64,000 nucleotides of DNA, taken from NCBI GenBank assembly GCA_008690995.1, contig VRMN01000003.1, positions 806,001 through 870,000 of the forward strand, in the 5' to 3' direction. Positions 11,533 through 22,350 of this stretch are shown here, piece after piece (position 1 is the stretch's first letter; every line of letters begins with the position of its first letter). Position numbers and translations under genes: made by a program. Below the pieces are notes generated by a model. That model worked only from the letters and a program-made list of their open reading frames with translations, searched no databases and was not told the origin of the DNA. Origin of the DNA: Porphyridium purpureum (taxonomy: Eukaryota).

Positions 11533-12035
11533 CGTGACTCACCGTTCCTCGCACGTCTCACACACTCCCCAGACTCTCGGCCCTCCTCTCGCTCTCCGCG
11601 ACACACCCTTCCTCCTGCCAAACCTTCGCCTTGCGCCCACACCCACACGCCCTTCGTGAACCCTTTTCTCCCACTCTTTGCGCCTGTTCATATAAAACCA
11701 CGCCGCCTTACTATGAACAGCGTCGCGCCGCGCGTCACAATGGAATGACGCATTTCATTGTCATTCCGCTTACCGCTCGGCGCGACGGCGGCGACGGTGG
11801 CCGGCCCGCACGTTTTTTAATTTCTTCTTTAAAGTGGCATGATCCGACAAAACGAGCGATTCTGGATATGCTCAACCCTAATTCATCGTTTTCTTTAACT
11901 TTTCGCCGTAAACATTCTGCCAAGTGGCAACGAAGCGACGCGAAAGAGGGGAGAGCGCGAGGCCGGAGTGCGGAGAGGAGAGACGGTGTGGTCCAGTTGC
12001 ACAGCGGGTGAGGGACGTGCAGGCGATCGAGCATC
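11533..12035. promoter_or_regulatory. Shared divergent promoter region of RPS13 and RPL5, with a telo-box-like AACCCTAA (11874-11881)
   Basis: Head-to-head start codons about 500 bp apart. TATAAAA near 11691 and AACCCTAA at 11874. Confidence 0.5.
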
Positions 12036-13239
12036 ATGGCGATTGTGAAGACAAAGGCGTACAGCAAGCGCTACCAGGTCAAGCCGCGCAGGCGTCGCGC
12101 GGGAAAGACCGATTACAAGGCGCGTCGTGGCCTCGTCGTTCAGGACAAGCGAAAGTACAACTCGCCAAAGTACCGCTTTGTGGTGCGCTTTTCTAACAAG
12201 TACGTTAATGTGAGCTGCAGTTGAGCATGTAGATTCGAAGCGCTGTGTGTCCTTACAGCGCGAGCTGCCCAGCCACGCGTGGAGATGCACGATTTATTGA
12301 AGCTGTGTTATGCTTTCCTTGGGTAGACGGGACGCGAATCGCAGCCACCTGGATGGTCTCCGATCGCTCCGTGTTACTCGTTGTACTGCGAAGCCGGGTC
12401 CCCCGGTGCTTGCAATAGTACGATATTCGAGCAGATGCGCACGCCCTTGTCGGCAAATTCAGGACTCTAACCAGACTTGTTCTTTCTTCCGTTTCTTCGC
12501 TCCTTTTTTCGTGCTATGCGTTGCGTTTCGTTGCGTCTTCAGGGATATCTGCGCTCAAGTGGTGGCAGCAACTGTGGTTGGAGACGAGGTGCTCACCAGT
12601 GCATACGCGCATGAGCTGCCGCGATATGGCGTCAAGTTGGGTCTGACCAACTTTGCGGCTGCCTATTGCGTGGGGCTTTTGTGTGCGCGCCGCTTGCTTC
12701 AGAAAATGGGCCTGGATGAGCTCTACAAGGGCAAGGAAGAAGCTGACGGCGAGATGTTTGAGATCGAAGAGGATGAGGAAAAGCGCCCGTTCCGCTGCCT
12801 GTTGGATGTGGGTATTGTGAACACAACAACTGGCCACAAGGTCTTTGCTGTGATGAAGGGGGCGGTTGATGGCGGATTGGACATTCCGCACAACGAGAAG
12901 CGCTTTCCTGCATACACGAAGGATGACGGCTTTGACGCGGAGGTCTTGAAGCAGCACATCTTCGGTGAGCACGTGCAGGAGTACATGAACTACCTCGAGG
13001 AAGAAGATGAGGAGCGATACAACCTGCAGTTCGGGCGCTACATCAAAGAGGGCATCAAAGGCGACGACCTTCCGGGCCTTTATGAGAAGGCACATGAGCT
13101 CATTCGTGAGGATCCGTCACCAAAGCCAACTGAGAAGACCCGTCCAGCCGAGGTGAAGGAATATCGCCAGAGGAAAATCTCTTACGAGGAGCGCCAGGAA
13201 CGACTGAAGCAAAGGATGAAGGATATTTTGGATGCGTAA
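12036..13239 (+). CDS. RPL5: 60S ribosomal protein L5 (uL18), two exons: 12036-12199 and 12543-13239
   Basis: Exon 1 [27 protein letters not shown]...RFSN. Exon 2 (K)DICAQ...[11 protein letters not shown]...GLTNFAAAY...[12 protein letters not shown]. Splicing AA|G restores the conserved NKDI. Confidence 0.97.
12200..12542 (+). other. Spliceosomal GT-AG intron of RPL5 (343 nt)
   Basis: Donor GTACGT at 12200, branch-like CTCTAAC at 12465-12471, long pyrimidine tract, acceptor TTCAG ending at 12542. Removing it restores the reading frame. Confidence 0.92.
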
Positions 13240-13345
13240 GTCCGCATCACGCGCGCGCGCTCTGCCTTCCCCTCTTGCGCGCATCGTTCTCCCACTGCGA
13301 GACAGAATTTGATGACAAAGTCGACGATAAAAGGGCATCAGAAAT

Positions 13346-16300
13346 TTATGGCTTGGAATGGACTACTTCAGCACTGCTCACAGCGACGTTCGCACGCGTC
13401 GACCACGTCAAGTTGAGCTCAGTCTCGCGCCCTTGCTCGAGCGTCACGTACATTATCCACACGTCATCACACACCCACTGAACACTCTTGGGCCTGGGTT
13501 TGACGCCAATGCTTGCGACAATGGCAGAGCCACCGACCACCAGCTGCGAATCTGCGTCGGTGCCTGGCAAAGATAACCAGATCCTACCCTGCTCGACATC
13601 TCTCCCGATAAATAGTTTCACTCGCAATGATTGTTCTTCCTGGACAAACAAGGTTACTTCCATTCCCGCTGTGAAGTGAATATCAGACCCGATATACATG
13701 GCCTTGCGTGCGTGCATCGGCTCACAGCGAATGGAATAGATGCATGCCGAGTGGACAGCAATTGGAGTGGTCTCAAGCATGAGATCAAAATGTCCATTCC
13801 TTGTCTCTTCATTCTTCGCAGCATGCTGAAGTTTGCGTCCAACAAGCCTTTTGTAGGAGCGGTTCCAAAATTCGAAGCAATGCACAATAAGGTCTCCCTC
13901 CTCAATATCTTTGGCGCCGCAGTCTCCGACTACGCGATCTAAAGCAAATGTGCGACTCGCAATACGACTGCTCCAGTTGCAAAGCGAGAGCACAAGCCAC
14001 GGGGGCAATGCGCTCGGATTGGGCCAGGAGCGGTCCATCTCGAGAAGAAGTTCTTCGGGCATCTGCTTATCCATGAGGTCGAGCGCAATGGCACCCTTGC
14101 CCGTTGCCGGACTGAAGCTCTTTGCAAGAGCCATGCGTGCCTCGCTCACCAGCGAAAGATCATCCGACAGGAGACACATTGCGCCACTCATGGCCACCAC
14201 GGACGCTATGCCAATGATTTCGTCCTGCGTGAACAACGTGCCTGTGTCACGCACAAGGATGCAATCCGGATCGTTGATCCACCAACGACCGTGCATGGCC
14301 CCGCGCGTGATGGTGTTGCGTACCATGTTGCGGGCGCAGGGGAGGTTCCACTGACATGTCGTCGCGAGCGGGAACGGCGGGCCCCAGGTTGGACCAGTGT
14401 CGGCGCTAACGCGCATGCCATTCACCCAGCCAATCGCACTTCCCAGCGGAGAGCCGCAACCAAGAACAAATGTGTCCGGGCCAACCGCGTCTCGGATCAG
14501 CTGGAAGCCCTGCTGCATGGCTTGCGCACGCGTGATGCGCTTGTCTGCGCGCACTGCCCGTAAAATGCCAGAGTATAGAAAGTCGAGCTTGAGGTAGTCA
14601 AAATTCCAATCGTTCACCGCACGCACCAGTGCCTTTCGCGCATGTTCCAAAACGGCCGGCTTTGTGATGTCAAGGCCGTTAAAGAACTTCCCACAGTTGG
14701 CCGAATTCGCGACGCGCCCGTTTTTGTAGCGCAGGATCCATTCATTGTGCGTTTTTTCCAACTGTGAGCCCTTGTCGCACGAGAACGGTGCCATCCATAT
14801 CCCGGGCACGATTCCCTGTGCGCGAATTGCATCAGAGAGCCTGCGCAAAGAGCGTTCACCGTCCGGGAACGCAGGCTCTTTCATGATGGTCCAGTCGCCC
14901 CACTTGGGCTCATATCCATCGTCGATCTGAAACAAGGTGATCGGGTACTCGCGGCGCTTCTGCAGCAGGGTTTGTAAATTGTCTTTGATGCACTGCTCAG
15001 AAATGTCGTACATGTAATGATACCACGAGCACCAGCCCGTGTGCACGTCCGACGCCCGAAAGGCGGGCGCGTCGTTGAACTTGGCCGTGATTTGCATGTA
15101 CTCGGCCAGTGGGTCACGGGGCAACTTTGGCTGCAGCATTAATGTTGCCCAGTCTGTTTGTACGCAGCTTCCAGGATCCAAAATAATTTCATCGCACTGA
15201 CAATGTACACCAATTTGTTTCTGCTCGGCGTCAAGTGCAATGCTTCCAAATTGCTCCCGCTGACTGAGAAAGCCAGCCACCAGTCCAAAGTTACGATTTC
15301 TGTCCACGACAAGTGCGAACATCTCGGAAAAGATGGTCTCGTCTTTCGCTCTCTTTTCCCAAGGGCCACTCTGAAAGCAGCGACCGGCACCTTCATGGAA
15401 CGCAAATGAAAAGACGTCCGGCAGCCCAGGTGTGGGCATGCGTTGGCCTTGCAGCACACTCCCACAAAACGACCAGCTCTGCCAACCATTGACGAGCACG
15501 CTACGCGGACCCGTTGCGCTTCGCTCGAGTGTGCGATAGAATCGCCGATAAGCATAATCCATACATCCACCTACTGCCATCGCAGCGCGCGCGACAAGAA
15601 AAGTTGTGTCATCGTAGAGACCAATTGTACACAAGGCCAGCAAGAACACCAGTCCCGTGCCGTAATCTTCAGAGCGGCGTTGAATGCCGTAGAACACCAT
15701 GCCGACCGACAGGATCGCTCCTCGAAAGACAGACTTTGAGTAATTCAGAAAATCCGGTAAATCCGGATTAGTGAGCAGGCCGCTCAGAATCAAAATTATT
15801 ACACTGCAGCCGACCATGAGTCCGTAGTCCAAGTTATCTCGGCGCAGGCTAGAGCCCCGAAACGGTTGGCCGTTGGCCTCGAGGTTTTTCACGGCCATGT
15901 CGCCTTTCAGCAACGTGATTTCCTTGAGAATGACCCGCCGATCCACCACGTTCCTGACCTCTGCACGCCAGCAAAGCATTCCTTGTGTGCCTTCAATCGC
16001 CTGGAAGCCACTTGCACTCTCTCCAAGCGAGGCAATCCGCGCATTTGCACCGTGCCGCACGTCATCAAGCGTGTCTGGAGCCAGTAGTGCAAACTCCAGT
16101 TCTACCTCCAGTAATTGATCAGGTAGAACCTGCGTGACGCGAACACACTGCATAGCGCCCACCTTGGCAATCTTGGCTTGCGAAGTGGGCTGCACCGTGA
16201 GCTTACCGCCCTCTGAACCAAATACGACATGGAATGGCTTCCCCGCGCACTCTCCCAGCACACCAAATGCCGTGTGGCTGTCTATCGAAAGTTCGTCCAG

Positions 16301-17092
16301 GTGCTTCGACTCAAGTCGAAAGCACAGCCGTTCTGGTCCATCCTTACCACCGGGCGGGCCAAGGTACAGAGTCAAGACGGCGTCGTCGTTCTCAACGCGC
16401 GCTATGTGGCGCTGCATGGTGCGGTTGGCACCGGTCAGGTGAATCGTGACGGTGCGCTCGCGAGCTTGCTTGCTTTCGTGTTGCGTGTATGCAGTTTGCT
16501 TTGCGCCAGTAAGCGATCGCGTTGTGCCCCTCGCGACGGACGAGCCCTGGAGGCGCTTACGCTTTTGCTCGCGGAAGCGGCGAGCGATTGATGTCGCAGA
16601 CGCCGGGTTCCTGTGCTGGAATGCTCCGCGCCGCAGACTAGTTTCGGCAGTTCCTTTGTGCGGTTGAATGTCTTCTTGCGAAGCGGATACTCGGTGTTCG
16701 GGACGATGCTGGAAATGATCTGCCAGCGAGCCGTGCAAAACAACGCCGTGCCTGTTCGCTGTGATCCGCCTTGCGTGCCTTGTGGACACCCAATCGCTGC
16801 GAAAGCACAGCTCGCGATGCGAGCGAGAAATCACGCAGAATGGAGGGTGCGCTCGAGGTCGACGTGGCAGAACGCCCACAAAAGCGAACGCGCGCGCGTC
16901 AGATTTCGGCCAACGGCGTGCAATGGTTGTGTGGAAAAGCACGCGCTCGCTGCGAGCAGGAGCCTCCACCCCAGCCCTATGCTGCCGCCTGGGCCGCGGC
17001 CTCGCGCCGTGACGACCTGTACTCTGGGACAGCGACGGCGGACCAACTGCGTGTGTGTTCAACCAATCGAGCGGCGTACGGGTCTGTTCCAT
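13346..17092 (-). CDS. GH36 alpha-galactosidase (clan GH-D) with a hydrophobic multi-TM segment upstream of the catalytic domain; true start may be ATG 16417
   Basis: VNGWQSWSF, TGWCSWYHY, FQIDDGY, GIWMAPF, YLKLDFLY (nucleophile Asp), LGCGSPL, MRVSADT (acid/base Asp), WWINDPDC. Three to four hydrophobic helices at about 15550-15830. Confidence 0.88.
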   Translation of the reverse strand: MEQTRTPLDWLNTHAVGPPSLSQSTGRHGARPRPRRQHRAGVEAPARSERVLFHTTIARRWPKSDARAFAFVGVLPRRPRAHPPFCVISRSHRELCFRSDWVSTRHARRITANRHGVVLHGSLADHFQHRPEHRVSASQEDIQPHKGTAETSLRRGAFQHRNPASATSIARRFREQKRKRLQGSSVARGTTRSLTGAKQTAYTQHESKQARERTVTIHLTGANRTMQRHIARVENDDAVLTLYLGPPGGKDGPERLCFRLESKHLDELSIDSHTAFGVLGECAGKPFHVVFGSEGGKLTVQPTSQAKIAKVGAMQCVRVTQVLPDQLLEVELEFALLAPDTLDDVRHGANARIASLGESASGFQAIEGTQGMLCWRAEVRNVVDRRVILKEITLLKGDMAVKNLEANGQPFRGSSLRRDNLDYGLMVGCSVIILILSGLLTNPDLPDFLNYSKSVFRGAILSVGMVFYGIQRRSEDYGTGLVFLLALCTIGLYDDTTFLVARAAMAVGGCMDYAYRRFYRTLERSATGPRSVLVNGWQSWSFCGSVLQGQRMPTPGLPDVFSFAFHEGAGRCFQSGPWEKRAKDETIFSEMFALVVDRNRNFGLVAGFLSQREQFGSIALDAEQKQIGVHCQCDEIILDPGSCVQTDWATLMLQPKLPRDPLAEYMQITAKFNDAPAFRASDVHTGWCSWYHYMYDISEQCIKDNLQTLLQKRREYPITLFQIDDGYEPKWGDWTIMKEPAFPDGERSLRRLSDAIRAQGIVPGIWMAPFSCDKGSQLEKTHNEWILRYKNGRVANSANCGKFFNGLDITKPAVLEHARKALVRAVNDWNFDYLKLDFLYSGILRAVRADKRITRAQAMQQGFQLIRDAVGPDTFVLGCGSPLGSAIGWVNGMRVSADTGPTWGPPFPLATTCQWNLPCARNMVRNTITRGAMHGRWWINDPDCILVRDTGTLFTQDEIIGIASVVAMSGAMCLLSDDLSLVSEARMALAKSFSPATGKGAIALDLMDKQMPEELLLEMDRSWPNPSALPPWLVLSLCNWSSRIASRTFALDRVVGDCGAKDIEEGDLIVHCFEFWNRSYKRLVGRKLQHAAKNEETRNGHFDLMLETTPIAVHSACIYSIRCEPMHARKAMYIGSDIHFTAGMEVTLFVQEEQSLRVKLFIGRDVEQGRIWLSLPGTDADSQLVVGGSAIVASIGVKPRPKSVQWVCDDVWIMYVTLEQGRETELNLTWSTRANVAVSSAEVVHSKP

Positions 17093-17517
17093 TCAACACG
17101 ACAGCTCCTCACTCGGCGCAGTCTGCCCTTGTGCCACGCCGCCCCCCCATGCATTCGTGCGCGACGACCGTGTGCCGAGATCGCTCGCTCGATCTCTCGC
17201 GTCCCCCTGCTGTCACTCTACCCACACACCCCTGGCACCACCCGTTCCGGCCTCTTGTGTCACTCCCACTTCGTCGTACGTTTCCACCACCTCTCAACGC
17301 ATGTCACGCAACTGTCTGGCCCTTGCGCGTTTCGTACGTTTCCAACTCGCAACGCCGTGGAAGTCAGACTTACAAGTAGCGGAGGTTCTGTGGTGGGTAC
17401 AGTGATATTGTACAGTGAGTACAGTGCGTGGGTGGCACTTTGGGCGCGGAGGCGGGCGCGGAGGATGCGGTGTGGGGCAAGGGAGGGTGGTGGTGGGGTT
17501 TGTTGGTGAGGGGTTAG

Positions 17518-19287
17518 ATGGAGGAGCGGCATGTGGTGGTGATTGGAGGCGGCGTGGCAGGCGCGGCATGCCTGGAAGCGCTGGTGGGGCTGCGGAAGCA
17601 GATGGCTGCGCGGGACGCGCACACGCCGCCGCCAGTGCGCGTGCGGATTTCCATCGTCAGCGCGTCGCCCATGCTCAAGCGCGCCACAAATGAGGTCAGG
17701 CTGAGCCGCGCGTTGTCAGAGTTTGATGTGGAGCTCCGTCAAGGCGCAGAGCTCGTGCGCACAGAATATGCGGGCGACGCGCAGTGGCTGTGCGCCGCCG
17801 CGCAGCGGCTCGTGGTGCAGGCTGACGGCCGGAAATATCTCGAGGTACTGGGGCTGGGTGAGCCTGGCCTGCACGATAAGAAACAAAGGCGGGACCGCAC
17901 CTGCAAAATGGCTCGTGCACCCCAAATTGCGAAGGTCCCATTCGATTACTGTTGCATCGCGACCGGTGCACGGCCAGTAGTGCCGTCATGCCTGCAGCAT
18001 CCGGACATCCAGCGCCGGGTGCACGTCATCCGTGACCTCGACTCCATTCATGCCTTTCGCAATGTGCTCTCTGGAGTCTCCAGAATGGCGGTGGTCGGGA
18101 ATGGTGGTATTGCGCTTGAGCTCGTGCATGCCACTCGAAACTGCGAAATTGCGTGGATCGTGCGTGATACCCACATTGGAAATGCCTTCTTCGACGCCGA
18201 AGTGGCACAGTACTTGATTGATAATAGGAGATTAGACAGCGATGGTAGTGGGGACGAGGAGAATGCTGATCTTCACGCGCGTCGCAAGGATCGCCGAGAG
18301 TCTAAAGTCCAGCAATCGCCGACATCGGGGGATATCTATGGCGCGGCGGTCGGACCAGACTGGCTAGGAGGTAGCGACAGTGTTCTTCACGGCGGCTGGA
18401 AGAAGCGCCCGTGTCTAGCCGCGGCAGGCGTGAGCGAGAGTACAGGTGGGCGTCCGCTTCGTATATACTATGACTCGCATGTGCTCAGCGCTGAGCAAAC
18501 GCATGACGGTCAAGTATGCCTCACGCTAAGCGAGGGTCGTGAAAAAGTCATGTGCGACGTGGTTGTGGCTGCTACTGGCGTCGTTCCTTGTACGTCATCT
18601 GACCCTGGATATCTTGAAGTATGTTGCGAGCGCGGAGCGCCACCTTTAGTGCGAGACCACGAGGGCGCCATTGTGGTGGAACCAGGCTCACTTGTCACAT
18701 CCGTCCCTGGTATCTACGCAGCGGGTGATTGCTCGCGCGTCAACACTAATTCACTCAGCGCAGAATCAAATTGGTTTCAAATGCGGCTCTGGTCTCAGGC
18801 AAGAAAAGCTGGACATTGCGCTGCGCAAAGTATCTACACAGCAATTCAGCGCGAATTTCCCGAGCACATTCCTGATGCAGCGCATCTCGCCTCCGGGCTT
18901 GAATTTGAGCTGTTTGCGCATGCCACTCAATTTTTTGGGAGGCGCGTTGTTCTCCTAGGACTTTACGGCGCTCAGAATCTGTCGTCTCGAGCGTACATGA
19001 TTAAGAACGAAAGGTCTGTTCTTGACGTCGAGCAAATGGGCGGCGGAGAAGGAGAAGGAAAAGAAGGAGACAATGACGGCAGTGGTGGCGACGAGGAGGC
19101 CGAGCAGAAATCGCCCTTCTTCGTCCGCGTGGTTCTCCAAGACGGCGTCATGCGCGGTGCCTTGCTCGTCGGCGAAACTGGCCGAGAAGAAACGTACGAA
19201 AACCTAATTCTGAGCCGGTTCCCCGTGGAGAACTTTGGAAACCAGCTCGTAGATCCATCCTTTGACCTTGCCGACATTTTTGACTGA
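17518..19287 (+). CDS. PYROXD1: Pyridine nucleotide-disulfide oxidoreductase domain-containing protein 1
   Basis: VVIGGGVAG, CIATGARP, VVGNGGIALE, GAAVGPDW, ATGVVP, IYAAGD, WFQMRLWSQA, FELFAHATQFFG, ETYENLIL, C-terminus DPSFDLADIFD. Confidence 0.92.
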   Translation: MEERHVVVIGGGVAGAACLEALVGLRKQMAARDAHTPPPVRVRISIVSASPMLKRATNEVRLSRALSEFDVELRQGAELVRTEYAGDAQWLCAAAQRLVVQADGRKYLEVLGLGEPGLHDKKQRRDRTCKMARAPQIAKVPFDYCCIATGARPVVPSCLQHPDIQRRVHVIRDLDSIHAFRNVLSGVSRMAVVGNGGIALELVHATRNCEIAWIVRDTHIGNAFFDAEVAQYLIDNRRLDSDGSGDEENADLHARRKDRRESKVQQSPTSGDIYGAAVGPDWLGGSDSVLHGGWKKRPCLAAAGVSESTGGRPLRIYYDSHVLSAEQTHDGQVCLTLSEGREKVMCDVVVAATGVVPCTSSDPGYLEVCCERGAPPLVRDHEGAIVVEPGSLVTSVPGIYAAGDCSRVNTNSLSAESNWFQMRLWSQARKAGHCAAQSIYTAIQREFPEHIPDAAHLASGLEFELFAHATQFFGRRVVLLGLYGAQNLSSRAYMIKNERSVLDVEQMGGGEGEGKEGDNDGSGGDEEAEQKSPFFVRVVLQDGVMRGALLVGETGREETYENLILSRFPVENFGNQLVDPSFDLADIFD

Positions 19288-19330
19288 TTTCACGGATTTA
19301 GTGAGCGTGCAAATAAAGACCCGAGCCGAA

Positions 19331-20032
19331 TTACGAAATGTACTTGAAGCCCCCATGGGTAGCGTCGGTCTCTGGAGCAAGCAATGAAATTACAATTCCG
19401 AAAGCGAATGCGAGCCAAATGCTCCAAGAGGAGGCGACGACGCTGCGCATGCTGCTGGCGTCCGTTGCCGGATTTCGTTCCACGCTCACCGCAATGGCAA
19501 CTCCAAACCAGAGCAGCGACAGAAAAAAGCAGGACCACGCTTGTTTGCGCCCATTGAGGCGCCAAGGCATGCCCTGATCCTGATCTGCACTTCCTTGCTT
19601 GTCAGGCTCCACTTGCTGGAAGCTTTTATTTATGCTCTGTTGCTCCCTGGGCACCGAGCTACTTTTCCGTCTCACCAGAGCGCCCGCTGACGCCGAGTTT
19701 CGTTGCTGCGTTGCGTCTTCTGTCGGCTCGACTTCCTGATCTTCCCGCGGCACGACAGGATCAAATGTTGCGATGCTCACCAAAACGAGTATCACCACGG
19801 TGACGCACAGCGACAGGGTGCTCAACACGACAGTCGCAATGCACATGCCACTTGAGCGCACAAACACGCAGCCCTCCTCGCCCTGCATCGACTCTGCCAC
19901 GATGCCGAGTACAATACTGCTACCCACTGCGCAAAACGTGAACAGCAAGAGCTTGACGGTTCCGTTCCACTCAACGTCGAGCCCGACACTCTCGCCGTGC
20001 GCCGGCGGCGGCGACGAGAGCGCGTGCGCCAT
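19331..20032 (-). CDS. Hypothetical four-TM membrane protein (MARVEL-like 2+2 topology)
   Basis: Two N-terminal and two C-terminal hydrophobic helices separated by a polar loop; ATG start. Confidence 0.65.
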   Translation of the reverse strand: MAHALSSPPPAHGESVGLDVEWNGTVKLLLFTFCAVGSSIVLGIVAESMQGEEGCVFVRSSGMCIATVVLSTLSLCVTVVILVLVSIATFDPVVPREDQEVEPTEDATQQRNSASAGALVRRKSSSVPREQQSINKSFQQVEPDKQGSADQDQGMPWRLNGRKQAWSCFFLSLLWFGVAIAVSVERNPATDASSMRSVVASSWSIWLAFAFGIVISLLAPETDATHGGFKYIS

Positions 20033-20099
20033 ATGCAGGCCGAGGGTGTCGATGACCGACGCGGTGCTTCCAGATGGTCAACCTTGTCCGCGCAGCGCT

Positions 20100-21284
20100 T
20101 CAAATGTCAGCGCGGGTGGCGGCGCTTAACATGCGACTGAAGGTGCTGGTATTTTTTCGGTGACGGTCAGTGAGGATCGTGTCTAGCTGACTCAGCGCCT
20201 GCTGAGCCGTCGGACGCGCGCTGGGGTTCTCGGAGAGCAGCCATTTGTTCAACCTGCGAGTTGCGCAACTGACGTGGCGCCAGCGACCCGGACGCCGGGA
20301 CCGTTGAACCGTCACGTTGGTTGCCGCGGCGTCAACCTTTGCCAGCGCCATTTCTGACTCGTTTGGACACTCGCCAAAGAGCATGATATGAAGTACAATA
20401 CCACAGGCCCACATGTCCGCAGCAAATAAGTCGTATCCCGGTTTGCGCTCAAGTAGTTCTGGCGATTTGTACTGTGCGGTACCGGGGAAGGAGCTTGCGT
20501 CTTTGGAGTCCCAAATGGCCGCACATTGTGCGTATCCGAAGTCAATGAGCTTGACGTGCTCCGAGCCACGACGTAACCATACGATATTTTCGAGCTTGAT
20601 ATCGCGATGCGCGATACCTTGTGCGTGCAAATGCGCAAGCGCTTTGAGAAGGCCACGCATGCATTTCAGTGCCTCCAATTCAGAGCAGCGGCGCCCCACC
20701 AATGACTCGAAAAGGTCCGTGCCGGGTAAAAGCTCGGTTACTATGAACCAGTCGGTGCTATCTTCGTAGAAAGCGTTGAATTTGACAACGCCAGGGTTGC
20801 CAGATAATGAGGACAGGATGCGTGTTTCCCCGACCACATTGGCCTCCTGGCGTGGACAAACCTTCCCGGTTTTCGGCTCAACGCGTTTTCGGATGACTTT
20901 AACGGCCACAGGCGTGGTGTCGGAGCACGACGCTTTGTATACCGTTGCTTGCCCGCCCTTTCCCAATTCTGACCAGATCAAAATGCCGCGCGCCAGCAGT
21001 TCGGCCTTTTGGAGATGAAAGTTTGGCGTTCGGTTTGTTCGCGGCACCGCTGCTGCGTCCGAGGACACATGTGGGCTCGCGAAAGGTGCGTTGGGCTCGG
21101 CGCGCGACAGAACAGTCGGATTCTTCGATGGCGTCTTTGAAACCGCACGATGGTAGACTTTCCAGTCGGCTGACCATGAAAATTCATGAAAGGAGCCCAC
21201 ATCATTCAGAGTGCACGAATTGGGTCCACAGTCGTCCAGCTCCGGTGCAGCACCGTCGGTAGGATTTACTGTGCTTGTCGTCAT
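20100..21284 (-). CDS. Ser/Thr protein kinase, CAMK-like
   Basis: LGKGGQATVY, VAVKVI, HRDIKLEN, KLIDFG, GTAQYKSPE, DMWACG, RPTAQQAL. Confidence 0.93.
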   Translation of the reverse strand: MTTSTVNPTDGAAPELDDCGPNSCTLNDVGSFHEFSWSADWKVYHRAVSKTPSKNPTVLSRAEPNAPFASPHVSSDAAAVPRTNRTPNFHLQKAELLARGILIWSELGKGGQATVYKASCSDTTPVAVKVIRKRVEPKTGKVCPRQEANVVGETRILSSLSGNPGVVKFNAFYEDSTDWFIVTELLPGTDLFESLVGRRCSELEALKCMRGLLKALAHLHAQGIAHRDIKLENIVWLRRGSEHVKLIDFGYAQCAAIWDSKDASSFPGTAQYKSPELLERKPGYDLFAADMWACGIVLHIMLFGECPNESEMALAKVDAAATNVTVQRSRRPGRWRHVSCATRRLNKWLLSENPSARPTAQQALSQLDTILTDRHRKNTSTFSRMLSAATRADI

Positions 21285-22254
21285 GATTGCTTGCTTGCTT
21301 CTCGTCTCTTGTTTTGTATCTGTGGTCAGTATCGTTGCGCCCGGATGAAGCAGGTTACGCCAAGGCTCTTACTTGACTTTGCGTCGAGGAGAAAGAGCAC
21401 GGCGCTTGCTGGGTCGTCAGACTGCCTTTATGAGCTCCTGGTCGAGTTTGTGAGCCACTGTGCCAACTAAACTGGATAAATGAAGTATTGAAAGACGCCA
21501 GCTGAGCTCGAGCGCCTGCCCTGATTGAACACGCGGTGCACTGAAAGGCTGACGGTAAACACGATGACGAAACGATGACGCTGCAGCACGTTTCCCGCAG
21601 CATGTGCGTTTTTGTCTGTTTCCGAAGAAAGGTATTCCCTGCGGTGCACATTCATTATATATGCACACTCGGGCACGGGCTACCGGCGGATGCACACGAG
21701 TGTCATCACGTACGACGGCCACCGCGCCGCACCAGACGACGCAGCCGTGCACATTCCGGGCCGCGCCGCGCGTCAAACCACCTCCGGCTCCATGCTTACA
21801 CTTACACTGTACCGTACCCAACTCCAACCTCCGCCCCCCCCACACACTGTACTTCTGCGGTCGCTGCGACCTTGGGATTGAAAAAAAAGGACTCCTTGGG
21901 TGTTAAAGAAAGAAATGAATAACGCACGCGCCTGGTTCAAGCGCGCGGAGAGTACAGTGTCTGTGTGGATGTGTACAGTGAACGTGGGCGTGTGCCGGTC
22001 GGGTAGTGGAACGGGCGCGTTTCGTGCGTCTGAGAATGCGGCCAGCAGGCGCGAAACGCAAGACGCACGCATGAACAGACACAGACCCAAAACACAAAGC
22101 GCAGTTGCGGGGATGGTGGAGGGCAAACCGGCGCGTCTCATTTTTCTCTCGACGCGCTTCTATCTTTGCGTCTTTCTCTATGTGTCGAACTGTCCCATAA
22201 GCCACGCCAGATTTTCCACTGAAACCTATGGATTTTATGATATTTGTGAGTTGG

Positions 22255-22350
22255 TGCGTGTGTGTGTGTGTGGGTGGGAGGGAGGGAGAGAAGATAGAGA
22301 GAGTACAAGCGGGGAAGGAAGGGAAATTAGGAGAAAGGTGAGTGTGTGGC
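22255..22350 (+). repeat. (GT)n / purine-rich low-complexity tract
   Basis: gtgtgtgtgtgtgtgggtgggagggagggagagaagatagagag. Confidence 0.6.

Noticed and set aside
10981..11748. 255-aa plus-strand ORF
   Set aside because: Antisense shadow of RPS13.
12310..12542. N-terminal part of the 309-aa ORF read as protein
   Set aside because: It lies within the RPL5 intron; the real N-terminus is exon 1 at 12036.
16613..17509. 298-aa plus-strand ORF
   Set aside because: Low-complexity Arg/Cys/Pro sequence overlapping the GH36 5' region and promoter; not protein-like.
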